Shown here piece by piece: positions 1 to 11,803 of a DNA stretch of 54,425 bases (position 1 is its first letter; the number at the start of each line of letters is the position of its first letter). Under the pieces are notes generated by a model. That model was not told the DNA's origin. It saw only the letters and a list, made by a program, of their open reading frames with translations, and did no database searches. Location of the stretch: positions 1 through 54,425 of the forward strand of contig NW_021835160.1 of NCBI RefSeq assembly GCF_006345805.1, in the 5' to 3' direction. The position numbers and the translations under genes are program-made. Source of the DNA: Octopus sinensis. Lineage: Eukaryota.

Positions 1-310
1 CCAAATTCTTTATGCATTTTATATTACTCGACTAAGATGCTTAAATCAGTTCCGGTACTTATGTTGGTCGCTTCTAGTCTGGTACTTATTCTATTGTTCT
101 TTTTTGCCGAACCACTAAGTTACGGAAACGTTTGAGACACTTAAGTATTTATTCGTGGTACATATATGAGAACTGGTTCATTGTGATACAGTTTCTGTAT
201 ATAGATGTTTCCGATCTAGTTTGGATTCATTGCCATCAAATTTGAATTCTTTGTCATCAAATTGAATTATTGCCATCAAATTTATATATATAATATATAT
301 ATATATCATA

Positions 311-357
<47 letters not shown>

Positions 358-466
358 AGATATATGCATATATTCTCTTTCTCTTCTCTCTCTCTCTCTC
401 TCTCTATCTCTCTTTCATTCTCTGTAAACACACACACAGGCACGCACACACACACACACACATACA

Positions 467-501
<35 letters not shown>

Positions 502-764
502 GCCATATATATGTCTCAGAAACAGCAGCTAAATTCCTCAAAATTAAACTCAGCTTCTGTATAAACAAAGGGCAGTTCCTGATATACAAAAAAAAATCAG
601 AAAGGATGGTCATGGTTGGATAGCGTCTAATTATGAGCCTTCTGCTCCATCAAGATTGACCTGGGATCAAACCACTTTACAACCTCACGAGCCAATGGGT
701 GTTTTTCTATGTAGTCGTTGGATTGGCTTGAAATACCAGCAGCCAAATTCTGCTTTAAAACAAA

Positions 765-935
765 ATATATTTCTTTATTGCCCACAAGGGGCCAAACGTA
801 GAGGGGACAAACAAGGACAGACAAAGGGATTAAGTCGATTACATCGGTCTCAGTGCGAAACTGGTACTTTAGTTATCGACTCCAAAAGGATGAAAGGCAA
901 AGTCGACTTCGGCAGAATTTGAACTCAGAACGTAA
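765..935 (-). mobile_element. SINE family B, 5' truncated
   Basis: TTTCTTTATTGCCCACAAGGGG..AAAGGATGAAAGGCAAAGTCGAC..GAATTTGAACTCAGAACG. Confidence 0.85.
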
Positions 936-1244
936 TTCTGTAATACTTTAGAGAATGTAATATTCAGAATCTCAGTGCTCGACAAAAATGGCAGTACGGT
1001 CATGGTTGGAACGCTTATCATATGCCCACTCAGTCAGTATAGAGGTGGCGCCAACAGCAATAACATATATTTTGGCATTATACTGTCTGTGCCTTGTCCC
1101 GTATCTTATATTTTCACAAGTTACGAAACTACGGCGACATATTTACGATTTTATTGATTTTTCAACTGTGATACAAATATATACCTTTTCTCCCGCAACA
1201 GAAAACGTGTGACACAGTTTCTTTCATATACAGATCGTTCTCTT

Positions 1245-1710
1245 TAGCCGTAGCTGTGTGATTAGAAATTTGTTTCCATAACACATGGTTCCAGGTTCAG
1301 TCCCACTGTTAGGGCAAGTGTTTTTTACCATTGCCACAGGCCCACCAAAGCGTCGAGTGGATTTGGTAGACGGAAAGTGAAAGAAGCCAAATGTGTGTGT
1401 ATGTGTGTGTGTGTGTGCGCGCCTGTGTGTGTGTGTGTGTGCGCGCCTGTGTGTGTGTGTGTGTGCGCGCCTCGTGTGTGTGTGTGTGTGTGTGCGCCCT
1501 GTGTGTGTGTGTGTATTTGTTTATCCCGACTATCACTTGACGACCAGTTTTGGCGTGTTTACGTCCCTATAACGTAGCAGTTCGGCAAAAGAGACCGATA
1601 AAATAAGTACCAGACTTTAAAAAGATAAGTAAAATTCTTCGAAGCGGTGCCCCAGAATGGCCCCAGTCTAATACTTTATGCAAGTAAAAGACAAAGGAAC
1701 GGTAGTTTTG
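1245..1710 (+). mobile_element. tRNA-derived SINE, family A (internal GT microsatellite)
   Basis: Shares GGTTCCAGGTTCAGTCCCACTG..GGATTTGGTAGACGGAAA..AAAAGAGACCGATA..AAGTAC blocks with about ten other copies in the window. Confidence 0.85.
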
Positions 1711-2050
1711 TAAGACCTGTGAGTTTTGTAATTACTGATCACATACGTGGAGCACAATACACATCCTTGGTTATAACACCTGAAACTTTTTTTCCTCTAT
1801 TAATCCAACGATCACATAGAAAAACACTGATTGGCTCGTAAAGTGGTTTGACCCCAGGTCAATCTTGATGGAGCAGAAGGCTCATAATTAGACGCTTTCC
1901 AACCATAACCATCCTTTCTGCTTTTTTTTTCGTATATCAGGAACTGTCCTTTGTTTATACAGAAGCTGAGTCTAATTTTTTGGAATTTAGCTGCTGTTTC
2001 TGAGACATGCATATGGCATATGTATGTATGTATGTATATATGTATGTATG

Positions 2051-2084
<34 letters not shown>

Positions 2085-2829
2085 TGTATGTATCTATGTA
2101 TGTATGTATGCATGTATTTACGTATGTATGTATGTATGTATGTGATGTATATATATATATATAGGAAAAAAAGATGTACATCTTTAAAAATAGATTCATA
2201 ACTATGTTGATTTCATTAACTATATTTCATTCGATACACAAGACCGGTTACATGCACCCGCTTGTCATGTTTCGCATGTAACGCAAAAACTTGTAACAAA
2301 CATACGGACACACACACATACTCAAGCACACAGGCACATACACGCGTGTTTGTATATTCAAAACATTTTTTTAATGAATGCATTCGATATATATATATAG
2401 CATTAAACATGCAACGCACAATGAAAGATCTTAAATGCAACACAATGCAACACAATGACACAAAAGCATTTGACATTTTTCACACGTAACACAAGTTAGA
2501 CATGATCTTAGTTATTAGTCAACGCATGTAACACATAAGACTGGCAAAGATCCCGCAGCGTGTAAAATCTGCGCCATTTTCAAGCTCTGACAACTTCCTA
2601 CGTAACATAACATGTAACACAAGTCAGGTATCATTCTTGCATGAAACTGTAACAGATGAGACTGACCTGATTCACGAGGAAAACTTGTAACGTTTCCCCG
2701 CATGTAACACATGTTAAATATACTTCATGTTTCACGTGAGACTGACATAGCTCACGTGCCATGCAAAACCTGTAACACTTTCAAGATCTCATACATAACA
2801 CAAATCAAGCGACAACATCGTCTTCCTAC

Positions 2830-3115
2830 AGCCTGGTTAAGCAGCCAATCCCAGCCAATCGGGATTTACAAAACCAGTTGGACTATTCACTCCTTCGACC
2901 GCTGAGTACAAGACCTGGCTAGTGAAATCTCCGTTCGGATGATTCCCCTGAGTCACCATCTCATCCTTGTACGCTAATCCGTGTCATAATTACCCATTTG
3001 CAGCTGTGGGCTAGAGCAACGTGAAAAGTGTTTTGCTCAAGAACACTACGTGCTAACTGTCCGGGAATCGAAACCACAATCTAGGGATCGTGAATGTAAC
3101 ATCCTAACCACTAGG
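2830..3115 (-). mobile_element. tRNA-derived SINE, group C variant
   Basis: Minus strand CCTAGTGGTTAGG..GTTTCGATTCCCGG..TTGAGCAAAACACTTTTCACGTTGCTCTAG. Confidence 0.7.
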
Positions 3116-3809
3116 ATATTCATCTTCCTTCACAAGTTACAGTCAGCAACCCGCAGGACAATGCATGTGACGTTATTTCGCATAGACTAAATTCTATAAT
3201 ATACTGTCTGTACAACACGTTGCTCGACTCTGATACATGTGTTCCTCATGTAACACAACATCCGGAATACCAATTAGCGATAACCCACGTATTACCTGAC
3301 ACATGCCATACGTCACAAATTCCACTTCATCACTAATACTAAAAAATTTAACGTGACATTTGGCTCCACTTATTTGTCCAGCCTGCTAGAAATGGTAGAT
3401 AAATATTTCCGGGTCAACCCTTGTTATCCTTAAGAGTTAATTACACACTGGCTAAGGTGGCGTCCTAGATATATACAAAACGACAGGATGGCCACAACTG
3501 GAACGTATTTAAGGTTCATTTAATCAGATTTGTGACTAAACAACAACAAGCGCATTACGAATCAAATAAACTTGTCACTGAATCTTAAAGTCACAACAGA
3601 CCTGCTAGAAATAACTGTCAAATTCCCTCAAATACCAGAGCCTTTGATTTCCAGACTTTATCACAATGAATGCTGTCGTTCCAGATGGCTTAAAAGGCAA
3701 GTTAGTCATAGCTAGAACGCCTTCCTCATAAATCTGCTCATGTTTGTCAGATCTGGGTTTGAGAAAATCTATTTCTTTGGCAAGATAACTGCAATAAGAT
3801 TGTTCGGAA

Positions 3810-4600
3810 CACATTACGTTGTAATGCAGTGTATGTAACAAAATGTAAAGTGTAACAAAATGTAATATGTGTTACATATTTCATTGTGCCATGTATATGT
3901 GCAACACAATGTCAATGCAGTTTGTAGCACAATTCGTAACAGAATACGTAACACAATATGTATCACTCTTTTTGTAACTGAATATGTAACATATGTATAG
4001 CAAGAGTATGTGTAACACAATATGTACAACGATGTCAATGCAATTTGTAGCAGAATATGAATCACAATATATGTAACACTCTATTTGTAACTGAATATGT
4101 AACATATGTATATGGCAAGAGTATGTGTAACACAATATGTACAACGATGTCAATGCAATTTGTAACACAATATGAGACACAATATGCGTAACATAGCGTA
4201 TAGAAGAATATGTAACACAGTGAGTAACAAGAAACATAATACAATATATATAGTAATATATGTAACACATTATCTGCAACCGGAAATGTAACAAAACAAT
4301 ATCTGTAACTAAACAATATAGTATAATAAATGTAACACAACGTGTGTCAGAATGTGTAACAATATATCTATACAATATGTGTAGCTGAATATGTGTGACA
4401 GTTTCTGTAACAGAATATGTAACACTGTATGTAGCATATATAACAAAACGTGAAGCAGAACAAGTAACATAATGCGTAACACAACATGTGTAACTGAATA
4501 AGTGAATCAAGACTATATGTAACACAATATGTAACTCTACATCTGCAACTTAATATATGTAACTGGACATATCTAACATTAGACGTGTAACAGGAATTTA
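3810..4600. repeat. Degenerate minisatellite built on (A)TATGTAACAC-like units with a ~115-bp higher-order duplication
   Basis: TGTAAC recurs throughout; ~3960-4070 is repeated at ~4075-4190. Confidence 0.85.
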
Positions 4601-4689
4601 GTCACTCATCTAATGTTATTCAATAAAGCCATTTATTTATTCCACCTCACTAATTCCTCACCCTCGTACGTTTGTCTCTATTTCTTTCC

Positions 4690-4720
<31 letters not shown>

Positions 4721-4740
4721 TCTCTCTCTCTCTTCCATAT

Positions 4741-4790
<50 letters not shown>

Positions 4791-5085
4791 TGGATGGATG
4801 GATATATTTATATATATGTAAATATATATATACATATATATATGTAGACACACACACACACACACACATATATATATTTATATATAAATATAGTTTCAGA
4901 TCGCAACCACGTGTTTCCGAATTACTTCACAGCTTCCATTGCCTTAGGCAAGTATCTTCTCTCAACACACTTCCATTGTTTATCGACCAAGGTATACGTA
5001 ACAAAAGCTAGTTATGCTTTAGGTTTCCTTTATAGGTAAAAAGAATAGCTACTGATCTTCAGATAAAGGGATAAACACATATACA

Positions 5086-5121
<36 letters not shown>

Positions 5122-5461
5122 ATCTATCTATCTATCTATCTATCTAATCTATTTCTCCGTCTATTTATCCATCAATCTATCTATCTTCTGTACTTATATA
5201 TTTTGTTCTATCTATCGATAGCCATCTGTCGATTTAATTTCTACCTATCTACCTACCTATCAATCTATATATCTGTTTATCTATTATCTATTCAACACTG
5301 TTCTGCTTATCTTTCGATCTATCTATTTATCTATCTGTGTGATTGTTTGTCTGTCCGTCCATCCATCCATCCATACATGTATATACTATCTACCTACCTA
5401 CTAATTAATCTTCCTACATACCTACCTACCTACCTACCTACCTACCTACCTACCAACCAAC

Positions 5462-5525
<64 letters not shown>

Positions 5526-6177
5526 CTGTCTGTCCATCTATCCATCCATGCATGTATATATTACCTACCTACTGATTAATCTTCCTACCTACCTCCCCAT
5601 CTCTCAATCTATCTATCTATCTATCTACCTATCTATCTATCTGCATTTCTGTCTCTCTGCTCTCAATATTCTAAGTTACTGTTAATTGTTTATCGAGCAC
5701 TTTGTGATCGATACGTTTCAGAGGCAACCGGACAGAATGTTATATTTAGCTTTGTTATCTAATCTCACACTCGCACGCGCACACACGAACACACAACACA
5801 CGCGCGCGAACGCACGCACGCACACATATATGTAATTAAAGGGGCGCTATAGTGACTCAAGAGCCTACAGTTCTGTAACAATACACTTATAAAATTCCTT
5901 GATGCGAAGCTTTACAGCGACCCCGGAGTTATTGTGGCCCTCTCGGTTCTAAAAATCAAATTTATATAGCTATCTATTTTTCTCACCATCTGTCTATCTA
6001 ACTATCAGTCAATCTATATATTTAGCAATCTATATATAAGTAATTATCTATTAATCTTGTCTATCTAACTGTCTAGCTTACTATTTACCTGTCTATCTAC
6101 AGGTGAACATTATAGGATAGAGATAGATAGATAGACAGATAATATATAATATATATTATATATATAATATATATATA

Positions 6178-6219
<42 letters not shown>

Positions 6220-6365
6220 TAGATAGATGATAGATAGATGATAGATATAAGATAGATAATAATAGATAGATAGATAGATGGATGATAGATAAATAGATAG
6301 ATAGGTAGGTAGGTAGGTAGGTAGGTAAGTAGGTAGGTAGATAGATAGGTAGGTAGGTAGATAGT

Positions 6366-6460
<95 letters not shown>

Positions 6461-7266
6461 ATTCATATCCTATAGCAAAAGCATGCATACAGACTCATAC
6501 ACACACATACATAGAGCCCATATCCATTGTGTGACGACTTGATTGTAACCTTGATCAAGTTTTTCTTCTCCATTTGTTTTGCTTCTTGCTAAATCAATTA
6601 AGTAAGAGGTGAACACGCCAGATATGATATAAACTCGAAAGAGTAAAAAGAGTCTTTGTAAAAAAAAATAAATCGATTTTTTTTTGGGTTTTCAACGTGG
6701 ATAAAAAAAAAAAGATACACTTACCCAGAACTTCGTAAGGTGTGTGTTTCATAAACGACTTTGTGAAAAATCTCCGTGTGACACAAAATTCGTGTGGCAC
6801 ACATCATCTGTAATACTGGTACCATGTGACACAAAGTGTATGTGACAGGGTACCATGTCACACACGTGAAATATAAAGAAAGCAAAGATAGAACAGATCA
6901 AAGATTCATAATCCTTTATGAAAGAAAATTATAAATTTCTATATAAACAATACTTTTTTTCTTTCTTTCATTTACCAATTATATACATACATATATATAT
7001 TCATATATATCTATGTATATATATAATATATTATATATTATATAGATGTATATATATATATATTGTATATGTATATATATATTTATATATGTGGTATATG
7101 TATATTTTATTTATATATGCATGTATACATACATATGTATATATATATATATTACACCTACACATGAATATTAGGCATGTGTTTATATATATATATGTGT
7201 GTATGTATAATATATATAAACCCATGTATATACATAAAACATGCTGGTACGTGTGCCCATATATCA

Positions 7267-7306
<40 letters not shown>

Positions 7307-7310
7307 GGTG

Positions 7311-7342
<32 letters not shown>

Positions 7343-7375
7343 TTATAATATTATACACACACACATACATATATA

Positions 7376-7417
<42 letters not shown>

Positions 7418-8161
7418 TATATATATATTGTGTGTATGTATGTATGTATGCATGTATATATATAATATATATTTCCGTACATCTATATGTAATACATACA
7501 ATACTCTATTTTATAGATTTGTACACTCACGCATTCATGCACATATATATGTATGTGTAAATATACAAACATACATACATACATACATATATATGTGTGT
7601 ATATATATACATATATATACATATATGTGTGTATGTATATATGTTTATGCATGTAATTTCTTGCGTCCGTGTTTCATTCCATGGTGTAATGGTACAATCC
7701 AAGAGTCTCATTGTTCGTCACGCTTATCGTTTCTTTTGTTTGAGAATTTTTTTTTCTATTCTTATTATTTTGATTCTCCGGACGCTCTTCTTTCAATATC
7801 CATCGCTACCACCACCACCACCATCAACAACAACAACAACCATCTCCACCACCTCTATCATCACCAACGACATCAACAACACCTACAAGAACAACAGCCA
7901 TAAAACCACCACCAACACCAACAACAATAACAACGTGATATAATATTCAATTTACTGTTGCTATTTTAGAAGTTATTTCTGCTGCAGTTGTTGAAGGCCA
8001 TTTTCTATTTGTCGTTTGTTTTCTTTTGTTTTTGGAGTCTGATGGATGATGGCGATGGCGATGGTTATGGACATGTGCTTGCGTGTATACGTGTGTGTAT
8101 GTGTATACATCTCAGTTTACATGTATATGCCATGCACGTATACATAAATACATACATATAT

Positions 8162-8209
<48 letters not shown>

Positions 8210-8233
8210 TATATGTGTATGTATGTGTGTATG

Positions 8234-8371
<138 letters not shown>

Positions 8372-9197
8372 AATTTGTGTGTGTGTGTGCAGGTGTGTAT
8401 CTGTTTTATTGCACGTGTTTAAAAGCATTGGCAGATGGGAAGCTTTGCCCACCCGTCCAACCCTGTTCAGAAGTTAATGATGTATTTGTTAGAAAAAAGG
8501 TGGTTACCATGAGAATGAAAGGAGAAGGGTGTGCAAAATTAATGTGAGACCTTATTAGTGGCAGTGTGTGCCTTGTGTGTAGTGGAGGTGGTGGTGGAGA
8601 TGATGGCGGCGGTGGCGGTGATAGTGGGGGGGGGCATATGGTAATACTTTTTTTTAATTTCACTTTTTGGAGGGGAATTTCATATATGAAGTGATAAAAC
8701 CGCTTAACGCTTATATTTAGGTAGTTTTGTATATTTCTGTAGTGTATGTGTGTGTGTGTGGCTTATATATTTGATGTTTGTTTACATTTTGCATTTGCTT
8801 TTGTTGTGAGGGATTTTGGGGTGGTATTTTGGTATGTTTTTCATCTCTTTTTAGTGACTCGTTAATGTTTTATATATATATATAAACACGTTATATATAT
8901 ATATATATATATATAAATATATATGTAACATGTATATATATGTGTGTGTGTACATATACATTTAAATATACGTATATATGCATATATATATATATATATA
9001 TATATATTTGTATGTATATGTATATATGTGTATATATATATATACACACATGTATAACTGGTAAAAGACCCACCCTTCAAGCGGTCAGTAATGAAAAGAG
9101 TATGTATACACAATCGCACACACAAACACACATACATACTTATATATATATATGCAAACATGCATACATATATATACATACTATATATATATATTCA

Positions 9198-9239
<42 letters not shown>

Positions 9240-10066
9240 AAGACAATGTATATATATATGTATGCATGTATACACATATATACATACACATATTATATAT
9301 TATTCTATATATTATTTATATATATATTTTTTTTTGTTTTACTTTTTTGTCTCCTTTCCGAAGTTTGTGTCTTGGTTTTTTGGTAAGATAAATCCAAGGA
9401 GCAGATATCGACCAATGCCAGGCCTCATGGTTTTTTCTTTCTTTCTTTCCTTCTTTCTTTCTTTTTTTCTTTTTTTTTTTCTTTTTCATTTTTCTTTTTT
9501 CTTTTGTTCCCCATGTGAGAGGTTGTTCCAGGTAAGACCTCTCCGGGGGAAGCAAAAATACAGAAACAAAACAAAAACAAAAAAAAACAAAGAAATATTA
9601 AGGAAGGAGGAGTGGTAGGGAGGATGAGCAAGAGGAGAAGGATGAGGAGGAGGAGGGGGGAAGACGAAGAGGAAGAAGAAGGAGAAACAAGAACAAGAAG
9701 AAGAGGCAGTAAGATGAGGAAATCCAAGTGGCAAATGTTACCTCTCAGCTATTTTTTTACATTCCAAGCACCCTCTCCTCTTTTTCATCAATCATTAATC
9801 ATTAATATCATTTTCATTATCATTATAATTATTATTATTGTCCTGTAGATTAAAACACTAATAATATCCACATCTCATCATGGGATCCGGTTTCGTTTTG
9901 TTTGAGTCATTTTTTTCTATGGGTCATTCTTTGTTTTTTTAGTATTTTTTATACATATATATATATATATATTTTGTAATATGAAATTCTGGTTAGGCCC
10001 TTAGGAGTGCCAGAGTTTGCTCCATGTGGTAAAATATCCCGGGGCAAACAACTCCATAGTAGTAGT

Positions 10067-10102
<36 letters not shown>

Positions 10103-10402
10103 TAGTAGTAGTAGTAGTAGCAGTAGTGGTAGCAATGGTAGTAATGTTGATGTTTTTTTTTTAAATTTATTTCTTGTTCCTTGTATCTTTGAGGCTGAGG
10201 TTGTGGTGGCCACATTTGGAAGTTTCTCCAATTTCCATGTTCAGTTTTTTTGTTTGTTTTTGTTTATATTTTATTGATACTCTGAGTTTTAATTTCCTTT
10301 GGATTTTCTTATTTATTATTTATTAAAATTTGTTTGGTTTTTTGTTCTTTTTGTTTTGGTTTGGTTTTTGTTACTTTTTTTTCTTTTAAATCGATGCCAC
10401 CA

Positions 10403-11803
10403 TTAACTAACTAAGTCCTTGTGTTCCATCATTTTTATTGAACTCTCATCGATATCGGCCATAACGTAATGATTCTCCGGGGTTCGACGTTTTTCTGAAT
10501 GTTCTTTTTCTTGTGGACCCATCGGACGTGGTTGCCTTCCGAAGAAATGGAAAATCAAAAGACAAAGCAGGAACGTGAGTAGGAATGTTCCGATAACGGC
10601 CCCTATCAGCTCCATCAATGTAAACAAAACATCGACGGTTAAATCACCCATGTTCATAGTTTGGTTGGAACTTCTGCTGTGGGATTTCGGTAAGCTGCTT
10701 TCAGTAGGAAGTGTGGTTATATAGATTTTGTTTTCAGACTCTCTCTGGGGCCACGTTACTTGTAGGTTGAAGGTTACATTCCCAGCTGGGTTGTTGGCCA
10801 CACACCGATAATGAGAACTAATGCTGCTGTGATGATTGTGTATGTAAAGCACAGCTCTGTTGATTTTTACCGCACGGTCTTTCGAAGGATGGAAAGTTTC
10901 GGTCAGGCCACCGGGTTTGTGCCAGTACAACGTTGGCGACGGGTCCGCTCTTGCTCTACAGCTGAGTTTCCCCACATGAGGACCGACTAAAACATCAACC
11001 CCTTCGAATATCGGTAGCTGACACTGGAAATCGTCGAGAGTTAACATGTCAAAAGTCTTTGAATTCAGACGCCTCGGTGATGCGCACGACATGAGTTTGT
11101 CCTTAGGGAAGAGGTTGGAATTATTAATAAACATTCGATAGAGCCAAGCTAACTCACAGTTGCAGTGCATTGGATTATCTTCCAGTCGAACATGCTCGAA
11201 ATTCTTGAGCAAATAGTACCATTCCTCTGAAAGATACCTAAAATTATTATTGTTTAACCAAATGATATTTACCGTCCCGTTTAGCGGTCGTATTTCCTCA
11301 AGTGACAAATTATGTAAACCACATTTCTTGAGATGGAGACCAATTGTTCTGAACCCCGTGAAGGCTTTTGGTGCGAACTGGATCCCTGGATTACTGTTTA
11401 AAAGTAAATGATTTAAAGACAGTCCTCTAAATGTATAGTCCTCGATAAAACGTAACTTGTTGTTGCTTAAATCCAGCATGCATAAATGCCTCAGATCTGC
11501 AAATGTGTCCAGCGTTATCACTTCGATACCACATTCATTGAGGAATAAATCTTCAAGGTTGGAAAGGCGCGAGAAATTTTTCCGAACCAAAACCTTGTTG
11601 GAAAATAAATTCCCGTTCAAACTTAACTGTTTTGTATCACTTGGTATAAGATCGGGGATTTCGGTGAAGTTCTTTTTAGAACAACCTACGTGGTTCATTG
11701 CGGCCTGGCAAAAACAGACTTTGGGGCATATACTTGCGTAAGTTGATCCGGCCAGGTTTAACAGCAACAGGCAGAAAATAGATAATGTGGGAAGCGTGTT
11801 CAT
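10403..11803 (-). CDS. Single-pass LRR-Ig transmembrane protein (LIG-type: LRRNT, ~7 LRRs, LRRCT, one Ig domain, TM, short cytoplasmic tail), 466 aa from the Met that starts the signal peptide
   Basis: Signal peptide MNTLPTLSIFCLLLLNLAGSTYA; LRRNT CPKVCFC..VGC; repeated LxxLxLxxN motifs (LEDLFLNEC, LCMLDLSNN, LNHLLLNSN, VNIIWLNNN); LRRCT NPMHCNC..CASP..C; Ig cysteines LSCRARADPSPTLYW..HYRCVANNPAG; TM LIGAVIGTFLLTFLLCLLIFHFF. The ATG at 11803 is codon 359 of the 824-aa ORF 10403-12877. Confidence 0.92.
   Translation of the reverse strand: MNTLPTLSIFCLLLLNLAGSTYASICPKVCFCQAAMNHVGCSKKNFTEIPDLIPSDTKQLSLNGNLFSNKVLVRKNFSRLSNLEDLFLNECGIEVITLDTFADLRHLCMLDLSNNKLRFIEDYTFRGLSLNHLLLNSNPGIQFAPKAFTGFRTIGLHLKKCGLHNLSLEEIRPLNGTVNIIWLNNNNFRYLSEEWYYLLKNFEHVRLEDNPMHCNCELAWLYRMFINNSNLFPKDKLMSCASPRRLNSKTFDMLTLDDFQCQLPIFEGVDVLVGPHVGKLSCRARADPSPTLYWHKPGGLTETFHPSKDRAVKINRAVLYIHNHHSSISSHYRCVANNPAGNVTFNLQVTWPQRESENKIYITTLPTESSLPKSHSRSSNQTMNMGDLTVDVLFTLMELIGAVIGTFLLTFLLCLLIFHFFGRQPRPMGPQEKEHSEKRRTPENHYVMADIDESSIKMMEHKDLVS

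Larger units (their letters stand above)
501..2018. repeat. Inverted repeat pair, arms ~501-723 and ~1802-2018, flanked outside by (TACA)n/(TGTA)n
   Basis: For example GAGCCTTCTGCTCCATCAAGATTGACCTGGG matches the reverse complement at ~1855-1885. The arms differ by scattered substitutions and one 8-bp indel. Confidence 0.9.

Noticed and set aside
3881-4525. 214-aa ORF
   Set aside because: It lies entirely within the TGTAAC minisatellite; openness follows from the repeat composition.
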